The notes under the pieces were generated by a model. It ran no database searches and was not told the origin of the DNA. It worked only from the letters and a program-made list of their open reading frames with translations. From the NCBI GenBank assembly GCA_977020255.1, contig CDROCS010000067.1, positions 248,001-312,000 on the forward strand: DNA of 64,000 nucleotides, in the 5' to 3' direction. Below, in pieces: positions 12,950 through 27,599 of this stretch; position 1 is the stretch's first letter, and every line of letters begins with the position of its first letter. The position numbers were made by a program, and so were the translations under genes. This DNA comes from Obrimoposthia wandeli (Eukaryota).

Positions 12950-13960
12950 GTTAAGTGAAGTAGTGTAATTCATAGCTGGAAATACTAAAAATTATGTAAA
13001 ATCTCTTATGGTATATTTGTTGACACTTAAAAATGTTGGAACTAAGTGGTTATACAAAATGTATATGCTTCTTATGTTTATGGGATAGACACGCAAGAAA
13101 CCAACACTGGATCACAAAAGAATGACTATCCAGTGAGACATTTAACATTGATGATAAAATATTAATGAAACCTCTAAACAAAAACGGAGATTATTTTAAA
13201 TAATTATGAGAAAAAATTGTTTTTCTAATTACGAAAAAAGTTAAAGGAATATTTGATGGCTAACAAAGCAGACTTTTGATTAAAGTTAAAGAATTTCCAG
13301 CAATAATATTATAAGGAAAAAAAATTATGTACTCTTACACAAGTTACAATAAATTTCCTGGGAGATTTTAGAGTTAGTAATTATGATAAATATGTCACAA
13401 TCTTTCGAAAAACTCGAATTAATTATTTTGTTGAATTTTATTTTTTTGTTTACTTTATATATCTCTAGTGTATATTTTTAATAATAATTTAATCCAGATT
13501 TAAGCAACACAAAGTCCTATTACTTTGATTTCAATAATTAAGCTTTTTTGAATAATACAGAAAAAATATAAAACCAACGTTATTTTTATATTGTGTGAAG
13601 GGTAATAAAGTCTGTTGGAATAAAAGACACTTGTGAAATATTGCTGATCACCTGATGAGCCTGGCAAATAAACAACTTTTATATACTTTGACTAGTTTTT
13701 TAGAGGTTCAGTAAGTTTTAAAAAAATACAAATTTCTGATTTTACAATCAATTAAAATGTGCTATATATTTGAGTTTGAATTTATAACGTTTCTATTTTT
13801 AATTAAATTCTCTATTTTTTAATTTGTCGGTAAAAAATTATAGATATCAAGGTTGCTTGAACATAAATATGATGGCAGACTTTTGTTGGTATTTACAGCG
13901 AAATACGATCGATAAGAACTATTCACAAAAGTCAATAAAAACATTTTTCCGTCATACGTT
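12950..13960 (+). pseudogene. Chapaev-like (CMC) DDE transposase remnant
   Basis: SGYTKCICFLCLWDRHARNQHW at about 13045-13110 and MMADFCWYLQR at about 13870. These motifs match this transposase family as I recall it. Confidence 0.65.
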
Positions 13961-16164
13961 AAATGGCCATTTAGCAGCGATTATATTATGAAATTTCATT
14001 TTTAAGGTTCTGCTATATTCAAAGTCATATTTAAGGTTGAGCAAAATAAACGAAAATTAATACTATAAAGTCCTTTCAGAAATATAAAATATGACCTAAA
14101 TTATTTATAATTAAAATTAAATATTTAAACAAAACAGTTATTTTATTAAAATGAAGTATATATCCAACACATACGATTGGTGATATCTTACAATTGCGTA
14201 ATAACCTTTTTTAAATATCTTTAACAATTAAATAAAACAATTAGAAATTTTAGCACCTTCAATCAACTTCATTCAATATACGGAAGTAATAAAGATACCA
14301 TTACAGCAATAGAATATAAAGTTCACTTTTTTATATATGAAATCAAAACAGAAAATTTAATATCAAATTTAGGAAAGAGTTTTAGGAAAATTTAAATTTT
14401 CTTGCCAGTTTTATATAAAATCAAAGATTATTTTCCATTTTGTTCATTGCATCCGTTAACTATTGTAGTATAGTGAAAGTTTAGCTGTCCTGAATCAATA
14501 AATAATTGTAACTGAAACCAGTACGACACAAAAATATGTGTCAAATTACGCATAGTCTTTGCCTCGGTTGGGTGCAAATGATCTTGGTTAGATGATGCCA
14601 GATTGATTGAGAATGACTGAGTTTATCACATCACTGAGTCACAGTTACCCAAGTTCACGTGAGGTGTTGAATGAGGGGTCACTTTTGAAATTAGTGAGCA
14701 GAAAATAAATTACACATTTTGTTAAAATAAAATTTTTATTTGAATTATTTTTGACATGAATTTTTGAATAAAACTATTTAAGCGAGTTTCCCAATCACTT
14801 ACGTGATGGAGAATAATACATTCAATCACACTAGAATATTTTTTGTCAGTGATTTGAAATGTTGTCGGTTGTGAACATTTGAACGATTTGATTAATTCCA
14901 AATACTATGAATAATTAGTCTAACGATCAGAAATACACCAGAATAAAATTTATTTAACATTCTATAGAATAATTTCAGCAAAAAAATATTTGATATATTA
15001 TTTCAAGAATAATGAAAGTGTTGTTTAATCTTTCAATCAAAAATGACAAATATGGCGAAGATCTCTTTTCTCGACACACGCTTCTGAATCTGCTAGCATG
15101 TGGGGGAGACTTGAACTGTTAAGGATTAAGATGATCGAGGTCGCCAGCCAGTTGGGGAAGCACAAGTTCAAGAGTTCTAAGTGGTAGGCAAACAAGCGTA
15201 CGATATATTTCTACGGAAACAAGGATTTCAAAGCCGTCGATTCAAAGTATATTAAGAAAATAATCTAAAATCCAAATCCCACAAATTCTGAATAAAACGG
15301 ATACGTACCAAAAATCATAAAATTCAAAAACTTGATGTTCACAACACTTTAAAATTGAACCATTTTTCTGTCCAGGAAACGTTGATGGTGCTAGACTTAA
15401 GACAATTTCTATTACAACACAGACAGTAGAGAAGTTACTCAAGAAATTATTTACAATAGCATCGCGACTATTAGTCGAAGATTAATGATTTGCAAGGTTA
15501 CAACATATATTATATTTAATTAGCCCTCAAACGATTACATCAATTTAAAACTTAAATAAATTCTCAATTACAACTATTTGTATGAAGACTACATGATTGT
15601 GCAACGAAACTTCATTTCTGAGCAATTAAAACATCAATTAATATTTAACCTGAAAATATCTACAAAGAAAATCTCGTTCTTTTTTTGTAAACATTATTTG
15701 TATGTCTTATTTATATCTCGAAGTAAAATTTCAGTTACAATTTGTATAAATTAAGAAATGGAAAGACTATTTCCAGCTGCATACGTAATTAGGAAGACAA
15801 ATCGTTGCGAATGGTTAAATGAAAGCCTATTAAAGCATCCATAATAAATCATAACATTTCTTCCTAATCAAGATAACACTAGATTTGAACACGTTCTATT
15901 TACATTTTTAATTCGATTTACTCAAAAAATTATCACGTAGTTTTAGATTGTTATGTGCACTTTAATTTACACTAAATATTATTGATTTCTTGAACACGAG
16001 TCAAAAAATGAAATCAATAAGTCTGGGATTTTAAATTTGTTGCTGAGTGATTGGAGCTTTCCAAATGTTGTAAACAAATATGAATAAGTGCACGTCACAG
16101 TTTCACATTGAACACCAACAGATAGACAATATACTGTCGAATCTTCTTAATTGAACACATGTAT

Positions 16165-18293
16165 TGTTGGGGTTTCTATTTGAAACTCTTAAATAGATCC
16201 TCGTATGGAGGCCCCCAACGCGAGTTCTATAGCAATAGGGCTTGCAGTTGTTCGTGGCCTATTTAGATTTTTCCTTACCTGTCTCAATTTCTAATCTGAA
16301 GGTTTTGTTTTCAATCTGTGTTGTGGAGATGTGTAAAGAGTTGTGTGCACGGGGTACGGGAAAACTTTCCTTATTGTAGTTTAGTGTATGGCGGGTTGGT
16401 ACTTTCCTGCATGTAGGGGTTTGTTCAATTCAACACTGCTTAATTGTAGGAAAACTTTATTCTCTAAACTCACGCTAACAAGGTTTCTAAAAATTAGAAC
16501 AATTAGTCCTAACTACTTCACTAAACTTCACACAAATGGGGATGTCTTAACGTATCGATTTTAATCGGTCAAACAAATTTACGAGTTCTATACTCTTTAT
16601 TTCAAAATACAATTTATTTTAGTCAAAACACAATTTACTTTCTTTAATCAAAACACAATTTACTTTTTGAATCAAAATACAATTTACTTTCTTTAATCAA
16701 AACACAATTTACTTTCTTGAATCAAAACACAATTTACTTCTTGAATCAAAACAAAATTTACTTTCTTGAATCAAAACACAATTAACTTCTTGAATCAAAA
16801 CACAATTTACTTTCTTTAATCAAAACACAATTTACTTTCTTAAATCAAATCACAATTTACTCCTTGAATCAAAACAAAATTTACTTTCTTGAATCAAAAC
16901 ACAATTTACTTTCTTTAATACAAAACAAAATTTACTTTCTTGAATCAAAACACAATTTACTTTCTTTAATACAAAACACAATTTAATTTCTTAAATCAAA
17001 GCACAATTTACTCCTTGAATCAAAACAAAATTTACTTTCTTGAATCAAAACACAATTTACTTTTTTTAATACAAAACATAATTTACTTTATTTAATCAAA
17101 ACACAATTTACTTTCTTGAATCAAAACACAATTTACTTTCTTTAATACAAAACACAATTTAATTTCTTGAATCAAAACACAATTTACTTTCTTAAATCAA
17201 AACACAATTTACTCCTTGAATCAAAACACAATTTACTTTCTTTAATACAAAACACAATTTAATTTCTTGAATCAAAACACAATTTACTTTCTTAAATCAA
17301 AACACAATTTACTCCTTGAATCAAAACACAATTTACTTTCATTAATCGAAACACAATTTACTTTCTTTAATCAAAACACAATTTACTTCTTGAATCAAAA
17401 CACAATTTACTTTTATTAATCAAAACACAATTTACTTTCTTTAATCGAAACACAATTTACTTTCTTTAATCAAAACACAATTTACTTTCTTGAATCAAAA
17501 CACAATTTACTTTCTTTAATACAAAACACAATTTAATTTCTTGAATCAAAACACAATTTACTTTTTGAATCAAAACACAATTTACTTTCTTGAATCAAAA
17601 CACAATTTAATTTCTTGAATCAAAACACAATTTACTTTTTGAATCAGAACACAATTTACTTTCTTTAATCGAAACACAAATTACTTTCTTTAATCAAAAC
17701 ACAATTTACTTCTTGAATCAAAACACAATTTACTTTCTTTAGTCACTCACCTTTCTGCTGGGTTTGATTGTGTCCTTTAGTCCATTTATGCTTCCTCAAT
17801 GACTCTATTCTGTACTTGGTTCGGGTATGGATTCGATGGCCTATTATCTGCTGGTACTTCTTCCACGTCTCTTCTCACTGGGCTTTTCAGTGACTGGCAC
17901 AATCGCTTCACCTGCAAACTCGCCAATCTTATACTTTTCTTCAATTCCGATTTAATTGTGTTTGTGCACTGTGAGCTATCTTCTTATATAGTATGTAGAT
18001 CTGGCGCAAATGTGGCGCTAATGGACTAGAGGTCTCCTTAAATTGAAACAATTAACTAGCACTTAATTTAAGTGCACTTAGTTCTTTTCTTGCGAGTTCG
18101 TTTCTGGCGCTAATGGACTTGTCATCTGGTGATTTTTCTTTTCTTTTGAGCTCGTTTCTTAATTACTCTTTTTTTTCTCTATCTTTCTTAATCACTCTTA
18201 GCTTCTTCTTAATTACACTCAGTCCGGCTTAATCACTCTCAGTTCTTTTTTGGGCCCCAAACTTTCTTAATTCTTAAAATCCTAATCCTAACA
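16165..18293 (+). mobile_element. Solo LTR (about 2.1 kb), gypsy-type, with 4-bp TSD
   Basis: TGTTGG...CTAACA ends. GTAT is duplicated at 16161-16164 and 18294-18297. The 5' end is homologous to 28896. Orientation is arbitrary. Confidence 0.9.
16615..17742. repeat. Minisatellite inside the LTR, 22-26 bp unit AATCAAAACACAATTTACTTTCTT(T/G), roughly 45 copies
   Basis: Array read directly from the sequence. Confidence 0.95.
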
Positions 18294-19459
18294 GTATGAT
18301 AGAACGTACAGATTTATTAAATAATAGCGAGACAGAAATCACAATCACTCTAAACAAAAAACCATACGCTTTTCAGCATGACCAAAGTCCAACAAGCAAT
18401 ACTAGGCTCCGATTTCCTAGCACATCACAACATACTGATATATTGCAAAATTAAAGCCCTGGTATTCCCGAACAAGCAAACAAGCTATCACACCAACATT
18501 GCACACAGGAAAAAAACACAGCTACACACAAGATCATAACAAACGAGAGGCCATGCCACACTAAAGTAAAACAAATCCCACCAGACAACTAGCAGCCGCA
18601 AAACACACATTCACTGAATTATTAAAGCAAGGCATTTTACAAAAATCCAACTCACCATAGTCATTAGCTCTCATGATGCAACAAAATTGACCAAACATAG
18701 AGATGCTGTGGAGACTACAGAATGTTAAACACAATAACAACACCAGACTCTGACAGAAATCAGGTGGTGTCAAATTTGGTTTCAATGTCAATGGTTATCA
18801 AAATTAGCATTCAAACATTCACCATTTTTGCTATTATAGGCGGGTGTTCTATCTAGTGTACATTAACATAGAAAAATATATTTTGAGTACTGATAGGTGC
18901 CAAATTGGTGATGACAAGCTTTTAAGTAATGAAACGAAAATTAATAATTTAGTATTAACAGTAGTTAAAATGAAAATTTCATAAAATTTAAATACATACT
19001 TAATTATAATCATATAACAAACTGAGCCAACTAATATCTGCAAAGGTTACTAAAAAAGAAAGAAAAAATAAGTTTGAACAGTTTGAAGTAAATAATTATA
19101 TCATACTACAATGAATAAACTTGTTCTGCCATCTGAATTATGCATTAAAAATAACTATTTTATTACAAAGGACTTTGAAATTTAATTAATTCATGATTTT
19201 TTTATAAATGCTCAGTCGAGACTGAAAAAAAGAGGTTGAAATCATAAATATTTGATGAAAATAAACCAGTAAGTGTGATTTGATATTATTATGTAAAAGT
19301 GTAGTGAAGAATATAATAATAATTAATATGAAAACTATTTTGAGCACTTGGGTCCACTTATAGAGTTTGTAGATAGTTTCCATCCTGAATATTTCCCTTG
19401 TATTGGGATACTTTAGGAGTATGTGAGCGATAAAAACATTAAACAAACTAATTAAAAGG

Positions 19460-20826
19460 TATACAACTAATACTTCTTAGAAAGATATTGTTGTATTCAT
19501 CAAATAAATTGAGAATCACAAAGCAACGTGCTGATTTAATTGTCGAATTGACTAACCTGAAGAATAACTTTGCTGCTGAAATTAGAGTTAATCTGGACAA
19601 TATGTAAAATGATTAACAGCAATTCAAGCTGTTGTTGTGCATTGAGGTTTGTTGGCAAGGAGATTCTGATATTTTACGACCTAAAACTCATTCAGAAAAA
19701 TATACTTTAAATAGGGGATATTTACCGAATGCTCAATGAAGTGATCTTGCAGTTTCTAGATAGGTTTGTGACTCTCATTGATTGTAAGCAATCGTATCAA
19801 ATTTCAAAGGCAAGGTTGACCTAATTCAGCAAAACATTGTACGACTAGAATTTTATCAATTCCCGGAAGCTGCTGCTCTGGAAGGTGACTTATTACCAGA
19901 GGAAGGGAATAATGTTGAAAATAGGAAACTTGAAAAGTGGATCCATTTCTTACAAGTGCCACTGAATCTGAAGTGACCCTTCTAGAGGAGCTGTTGGAAC
20001 AAGCAAATGACGAGGCATTGCGAAGTTACTTTTACCAAGCATGCTACATACAATTAAGGAAGTGCAACCAAATGTCAACTCCCCTCCTAATGTTATGGTC
20101 CAAGATGCAAAAACGTCTGTTACCATTCCCCATGACAGGCTTGGCTGAAACTGGTTTTAGCACATTAGTCAAAAGTCTCTCAAAACAAATAATCGTACTA
20201 GATATAATCGGGAGAGCTTTGGCTCTCCCTAATCTGAAACTCGACATCAGGAATATTGCAGCTAAACATCTGAACAGGGTTCTCATTAGAATATATATGT
20301 TTATTAATTATATTTAGGTTACTACATTTTCTTGGATTTTAATGTTTTTGTTTATTTTGTTTGTAGGAGGGCGTTTACAGAAAAAATTAAAACATCGTGA
20401 AAAGAGGACACTAAAGTAAAAAAGGATGAAGACCCCTGATATAAGGTCTGAAAGTGTTAAAGCAATTTTATATATATTTTAAAGTACCGAAATCCTATAA
20501 CCTGCACTCGCGTATAACCTGCTTAATTTCAAATATATTTTAAGATATTATCCCGGAAATCCCAGATTAAAACTGAATATTTAAAGATCAAATAATTTGC
20601 TTTTGTCAATATATTCATAATTAAAATGATGAATTTTTTAGAAAATATTCAAACCGCAAGAGTTATACTGCAGCTTTTAAATTGGAGGTATGATTATATT
20701 TAATCATAATATTTTAATCAAAATGGTATATATATATATATTGCTCGTCAGGCCACCGCGGACCCGATGGGCACTGGTTGGCTCTTAGATGGCCTCAGGC
20801 ACTTTCTCACTCTGTGGGACCACTAT
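19460..20826 (+). mobile_element. hAT (Buster/Charlie-type) transposon remnant: C-terminal dimerisation region and probable right end
   Basis: ORF 19937-20317 has LLPFPMTGLAETGFSTL...NLKLDIRNI. GTGGGACCACTA at about 20815-20826 resembles a hAT right terminus. Confidence 0.7.
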
Positions 20827-21279
20827 GAGATAAAAGTAATAAAGAAGCAGAAAGCTTTTTAATGTTTATGAAAAGAGTCTTAGGGAATAGAAAAAACTAG
20901 TCATAAACAAAATGACGGAGAAAAAAAACTTTCAAACAGACATAGGCTTCCAAAATGGCAACAACTTGAACGTACATTGCGTACAATGAATAATTGGAAA
21001 TAAGATTAAAATTTCAAGTAACCACAGTTCTGATAAAAGTAAAAGCAAAAGCTTGATCGAAAGAATTGAATACATACGACTTTTAGGCTTCAAACAGTTA
21101 GTTCGAAAACTTACAAAAGAGCAGCGCTAAGTGTGCGTTATGTCACTTATATTGGTCAACCCTTCCGATTTTTAGGGTCAAAATAGAAGCGTTTATGGTA
21201 TACATTGCTTATAAAGTTGATAGAGGTAATATTTTATTTAGTTATTATTATAAATTTGTATTTTAAGGAACCTAAATTC

Positions 21280-22030
21280 AGAATAAAAAAGTGGATGAAA
21301 TTCTCTGCTCTTTCGATATGGCAGGTTCTAGAACGTTGGATGTAACGGGAATGGAATATGTTTCAATTACTACAACTATATCAAAAAAGTAACTTTACTA
21401 TTGTTCTGGTAGTGCAGCATGAGAAAAATTAATTCCAGTATATTCTAACTGAAAACAATACCTAAAGAAACGTTTCCATATGGGATAATAGTAAAGTGTA
21501 AGAAAAAGGGCTGGGTATGTGGTACTTTAATCGAATATTGATTTCAATCTGTTTGCTAGAAACGATCACTTCTGTATTTCTCCAAACAACAGAAACAAGA
21601 GTTCTAATTAATGATTCATGTCAGGCTCATATCACAACAGAAGTAAATTTGTTTGTTGAGAATATTATTGAACCCGCAATTGAACTAGGAGGTTTAATAA
21701 AGATTAATAAAGCATTCAAAGATGAAAAAGAAATATTTGGGATGAATGGGAATTGAATAAGGAATTTACATCTTATACAAAAGTAAATATTCACTGTAAA
21801 GTGCCTTATTCAACCAAATGTGAGTGGATTTTAAAAATGTGGGAAAGAAGGTCAGCTGATTTAATTAAAATGGATTTAATAAAGCGGTGTATAGAGCAAT
21901 GAATATTCCATTAGAAGATGGTGAAATTGAAAAGATTGCGAATATTTGGAAGAAAATGGAATATATAAGGGAAATGGACTGAAGCTAATTGACGAAGAAA
22001 TAATTAAAGACGAATTTGATGGATGGATTT
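21280..22030 (+). pseudogene. pogo-like transposase remnant
   Basis: DEILCSFDMAGSRTLDVTG, FTIVL, INDSCQAHITTEV and GGL..INKAFKD in broken frames. Confidence 0.75.
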
Positions 22031-25000
22031 ATGTATTTTTTTAATATATTTAATCCACTAGTTTCTTTTTCTATTTTATTATAAATAAAATTCATAAATT
22101 AGCATTGGAATTTCATCATATCGTAATAATTTTCTCATGAACATTTTAATAATATATTATCATAAAAATTCTCTCTAATATCTAGTATTCATTCTCTGAA
22201 AATCAAAGTATAAAAAACAAAATTTATTCCTGGAAACTTAGCAAATTTTATGATTTATTTTTATTAAACAATTAGTATGTACAATTAGTAATTTTACACA
22301 CTTTTAAAACTTATCAATGATCAAAAGGTTATCATGTTAAAATGATTCATAATTAATCATTTTAATTTTTGACAATTATGACTAAATGGTCATATATATT
22401 GTGTATGATATATAAATTTTAAAATAATTTTCATCTCTATATTTATTTTGACATAATTAATTTATTTCAACTTTTGTTGTTGAAATATTACATTATTAAT
22501 ATTAAATCTAAGATATTCTACAATTTGTAATTTAAAATATATAATTTAAACAAAAATTTATATTTTGCATATATATATTTTTTAATTTTATAATTTCATC
22601 TGATTTATAATTGTATATGGCACGCCCTCAAGCTGAATCCGCATTTACATAAAATTTATTATTGTTTAAGCATGCTTTTAAAATTTTTATTTAACAGAAT
22701 TCTAACCAGAAAGTGCACAAAAAATATTTTTAGAAAATTCTTTAAAAAAACAACTATGATAATTTTTTTCAACGTTTGAATCAAGCTACTGAGGGCATAT
22801 TTTTTGTAAGAAAACGATAATTTATGCAATCTCCAAGCCTTCCTGTTTAGGATTTGGAGCCGCAATCACTGTGAGTGGTTTCTGTGCTGAACAATTGTCG
22901 TGAGATTTCCGTCTCTGAGAGCTGGCTGATTTATTCGTACCCAATGGTACCATAATATGAGTCAAATCTACGATTTTAAACCGTACTACAAACTGTAGCT
23001 TTGGCCAGCAGATGTCAACTTGCAGTTGTGCACGAAATGTGTCGATCTGACGAAGTAGATTTGCCATTCTAAATTATTCATATTTATTTTTTCATTCTGC
23101 CTTTTAAACCATTTCCTAATGAACTTTTCCGCGTTTGACAACAACACGATTTTTGGCAGTGGCGTTTTTTTACAAAGAACATCGCTTTTTTAACAAAGTT
23201 TCTGAACTCGATTTGTCATAGACTTCGTGACAACGCCAAATGTGGGAATTTCTTGCACTTCCAGTCGTCCTAATTCGGGGGAATATCAGATTTTATCAGC
23301 AAAATTTTGTAACCTCTTTTAAATTTCTACACTGTTAGGAGTAAATGTGCCTTTTGTTTGCGATCATATGTAACGAATTTACTGTTTTTGAAACCACATT
23401 TAGTTATAAATTGGAACGGAATATCTTGAGGTATTAATTAGACAACAGATTTTATTAGGTCCAATTTCATTCGAAACGTAATGAGTAAAACTCATAAATG
23501 AATACTTGAAAGGTATGTGAGGACAAACTTTCTCATAGACAAGCGACCCAATTAGAGTTAGTCGTCCTCATAAATAACAGCTGGGTTGCTTTCCTCTTGC
23601 TCAAAGTTTCCTTCAATATCCAAAAGAATCGCTATATGTGCCATCCTCATTATTTCAGCATTTTGTCTATAGCGGCATCTCACCATTTTCTAAATCAACT
23701 GTCGTATTCTTAAAAATCCTTCATGTAGAAAAAATCTGCAAAAAACGAAAATGAGCGATATTTATTGAATTGAAAATGTAATGTCTTCGAAAATTGACAA
23801 CTTCTTGCAGAACAGTGATAAGCAAAAATATAACTGTTATATGTTTCAAATTTGTTTTTTGTTCATCAATATTTACCAAGTAACAACTAGTTTTGTCAGC
23901 GAGAAGATTGATTTTATAAAGAGTAAATATAGGGCTTTTATGAATAAAACTTATAATGTTGAGATTTATAATAATCCAGTCGAAAAAATAAAAGCTGGGC
24001 AGTGAATTAGAGGCCGTGGCCGATAGCTTTGCAATCGTCGACATTGGCGGAATGTTAAAATTAAAAATGTTAATGCTAAGGTTTGAAAAATAAATCATAA
24101 CAAAGTCATCCCACACCGCCAGTTTCCCTTACCAAAATTGGCATAATAGGTATTCATATTAGATCATGTTAATTTAGTATTTAATTTATTTTAACACACT
24201 AAAATAAGATATTTGGGAAAAAATACAAAAAAAGGAAATCACATCGATGTATTTTTTTTAATTAAAATCTATTTTTATTAGTGTAAAGTATACTTGTTCA
24301 AACAATAAGATAACAAGACTCCCACTGTGGAAGGGCCGCCAACTGTAATTACTGTTTTACATGTACACAACACTATATTAGACGATCTAATAGACGGAGG
24401 TTTTGCTCTGATGTTTGAGCAAACATACTTTGCACTACTATATATAGGGTTTTTTACTCGGAAGAATCGTTTTTTTAAAATTGGAATAACTTGAGATTAT
24501 GGTTTTATCCTGATTCACGCCTGGGTCAAGGGTTACCCCAGTATATTATAATCTATATAATTATATATTGTATGTTATTTTGACTGTTCTTAATTTTTTT
24601 AAAATTAAAAGTAGAACACGAGGGAGAAACTCGAGAAAAAAGTTTTTTTTTAAGTTTGCTTTACTGAACTGAATTTTTTACTGTTTTTTCGTTGTGTTCA
24701 GAACTAAAGTTTTTCTCTTGCTCAATTTTTTAAATTTTATATTAATAGTTTAAAATTAAATTAAATTTTATTTTAATTCGGTTATTTATTTTCCAATTTA
24801 TTTTAAATTTCATGATTTTACTCACTTAATTGAAATTATTTGAATGACGTAGATAATTTTATGTTGACATAAATTCGTATGATTTAATTTTCCCTGCTTT
24901 ACCGAACAGCTATCTAATGTTTACACATTTGTTTTTAATACTTTTCTTACATAGTTAAAATTATGAAGTCAAAAATCGCAATATAAAGGTTTTGCTTCTA

Positions 25001-25189
25001 TACCATGAAATCAATTCTAATTGGTTAAAGATTTAAACAAATCACATTCTAGTATGATTTAAGATATACATAATTATGGAATAAATACACAAAATAAAAA
25101 TATTACAATAATAGAAGTGTATAAATGAGCAAAAAATATATATAACTCAACTCTATTTACAAAATTATTAAAAATTTATATAGTGGTTA

Positions 25190-27050
25190 AGAGGCCATAG
25201 CCATACATTTACATTTAGATTTAGATACCCAAATCCGACTGTATTACTAACTGTAGTACTAATCATCGTGTATAGTTGTCGGTAGCGACTTATAATACGT
25301 GTTTGACCACAAAAAATAATGCTCATTTCTAATATCAGTTAAACACAGAACAATACCTTTAACCCCAATACTTGATTTTGACAAGTAACTTTTAGGTTTC
25401 AAGAAAACTCATTCATCAAAAAATACTTCCGTTTCATATTTGAACCTTCCAGTAACATTTTTTTAACATCATTGTACGAGCCATGATTAGATTGATAATT
25501 ACTGGTGTCTAACAACTCATTCAGTTAATAAAATGATCTTGCCAATTTTCTTACATTCTAGATAACCGAATCAATATCCATTTATACTATATTTATTTTG
25601 CAATTAAATTATTTCTATAAAACTGTATTTTAATGTACTTTAATTAGTACATTCTTAATTTTGGCAAGTTTAATACCGCTTGTCTAACATACGAGGGTTT
25701 ACCAAGACAAAACCTTTGCATAAATAGTAGATATAAGTCAGCATTTATTACAATATGACGCTTAAATCATGGACTGGTTGCGAACTTAGTGAATTTATGA
25801 TAAATTTAAGTAAGGTGCACTCTAGTCTCTTTTAAGATGATTTACAGTCTTACCATAAATGAAATATGTAAAGTTTTTATTAAATGCTGGGTGTACCTTC
25901 AGCAGGCTTTATCAAGTGAACTTTAATGTTATTTTTAAATATTTGTGCTCGACTGAATTTTATAGCTCTATGTACATTGTTTATGCGACACACATAAATA
26001 AATAAAACTGTAATAGAGAAGAATGTATTATGTAGTTTAATTTAGGATTACGTGCCATCATTAATTTTGATACTGTTAAGCGAAGGACACTCATGACTCA
26101 GTGCAAATGATAAATTGTCAAATTAATCATGTATATTATTAGGAATTGTCACGTCGACTTCCAACAAGTACTCATAGTCTAAAATACGTTAATCAAATAG
26201 ATTACCATCAAAGTCCATTCCAGTTAAAAGTTCAACAATAACATCGAAACTGACATATATTCACCTAAAGTCAGCATGATGAAATAATTTATATCAATAT
26301 ACAGAAGGAATGTATCATCATCAGATTTAGCATTATGTTTATTAATGAAAGTGATTCCTTCGTGTATACACACTTCAAGGACATTATACATATCCCGGTC
26401 TTTTAATAATTATATAGACTAGATTTAAAAGCACTGACCCAACTAAGACATGGTATACTAAAGCATATGGTTAAACTTAATATCAGGCTCTAATATCGAC
26501 TCAAAGTCGACGTATAGCAAGAAGTTGGAGGAACCGAATGAAAAATCAGAAAATTTATAAAATAATTCTTTAGGCCTAGTAAATGTTGCAATCAGTAATA
26601 TGTTTAACAAATGCAAGTTCAGTTCTGAGATCAAACAAGTATTTTGCACATCATGAGAGTTTGATATGATATTTGTATTAGTTAAAAAGTCAGATTAAAT
26701 TGACTATTCCAGTATAAAGGATAATTAACTACCTGATCACTTGTACCCAACTTAGAACGCTAATTAAAATTAAGTTCATGATTTCTAAACACTGTTTTAT
26801 CCCTCGAATGCATCTTTTTCAAACTTGATTAGAAAAACAGTTATGTAAATTGCATTATCTTCATCGAATTCAGGTATATTGTTTTGGTCTATTTAAATTG
26901 CTGCTTTACAAAATAATAATAATATTCACAGGGGCCTATGATTTCGTAGATGATTCGGGTGTTTTATGTAAGGCAATTAATAATATTTTAAGTAGAGACC
27001 ACCCAGAACTCAATTTACTGTAGATTTTTTTTAATTCAGCTGTTCTAGTA
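25190..27050 (-). pseudogene. Degenerate protein-primed PolB of an older Polinton, with most of the exonuclease region deleted
   Basis: SSGWSL, YVDFESIL, FSIPCLSWVSAFKS, DMYNVLEVCIHEGITFIN, YLLEVDVTIP, KPSYVRQAVLNLPKLRMY and FLKPKSY are collinear with the PolB at 48183-52755. Confidence 0.85.
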
Positions 27051-27234
27051 TACACAATATCCGGTTCAAAAATATTAGTCTTACAACCACCTTCTTGAAC
27101 AACAACAGATTCGTCTACAATTAAAGACTTGTATATAGTTCAAGTGCAATATTAGATTTAGTATCAGAAAAGTTGAAGACCGGATAAAAATGCAATCAGA
27201 CAGACCCTCATCTTCAATATTGAATCAATTAAAT

Positions 27235-27580
27235 TTAAGGTATAATTGTAAGGATTAAACTCCAACCATTTACAACTGTAAAATCAGTTGTTTCTAGTTC
27301 CAGAACGGTTGAATCGTAGTTCTGTAGTACGGTGTAATATGCATGCTTTCCTTGCAATTCGACAAATTGAATAAGAGCACTCGGATGAAAAGGTCTAAGT
27401 GGATCGAATACATGCACGTACATAGGGCTCGCGAATAGATTTCATATAGACAGATTTGATTTATGGGTATTTATGATACATTCTCCGAGTGACAAGCTCG
27501 GTATTTTGTCTGACGTGTATACACATCTAAATTGTGATTTGAATAGAAATTATTTTGTTAATCTGAATAGTGCAGCATGA
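27235..27580 (-). pseudogene. Degenerate adenain-like protease of the older Polinton
   Basis: FRCVYTSDKIPSL..CIINTHKSN and HVFDPL match FNGVYSLDHIPSL..YVINTHSSN and FVFDPF. Confidence 0.8.
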
Positions 27581-27599
27581 AAAACCGTCTTACTATATA

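Larger units (their letters stand above)
15050..18770 (+). pseudogene. Old Ty3/gypsy gag-pol remnant interrupted by a solo LTR
   Basis: After the LTR: QAILGSDFLAHHNILI (protease C-terminus), then ELLKQGILQKSNSP and CCGDYRMLNTIT (RT N-terminus). The part left of 16165 is weakly supported. Confidence 0.7.

Noticed and set aside
16615-17742. CRISPR-like array
   Set aside because: Head-to-tail minisatellite with no unique spacers, inside a eukaryotic LTR, and no cas genes.
22630-24130. Possible Sola-like or other DDE transposase remnant on the minus strand
   Set aside because: Only faint partial motifs were seen, which is too degraded to assign.
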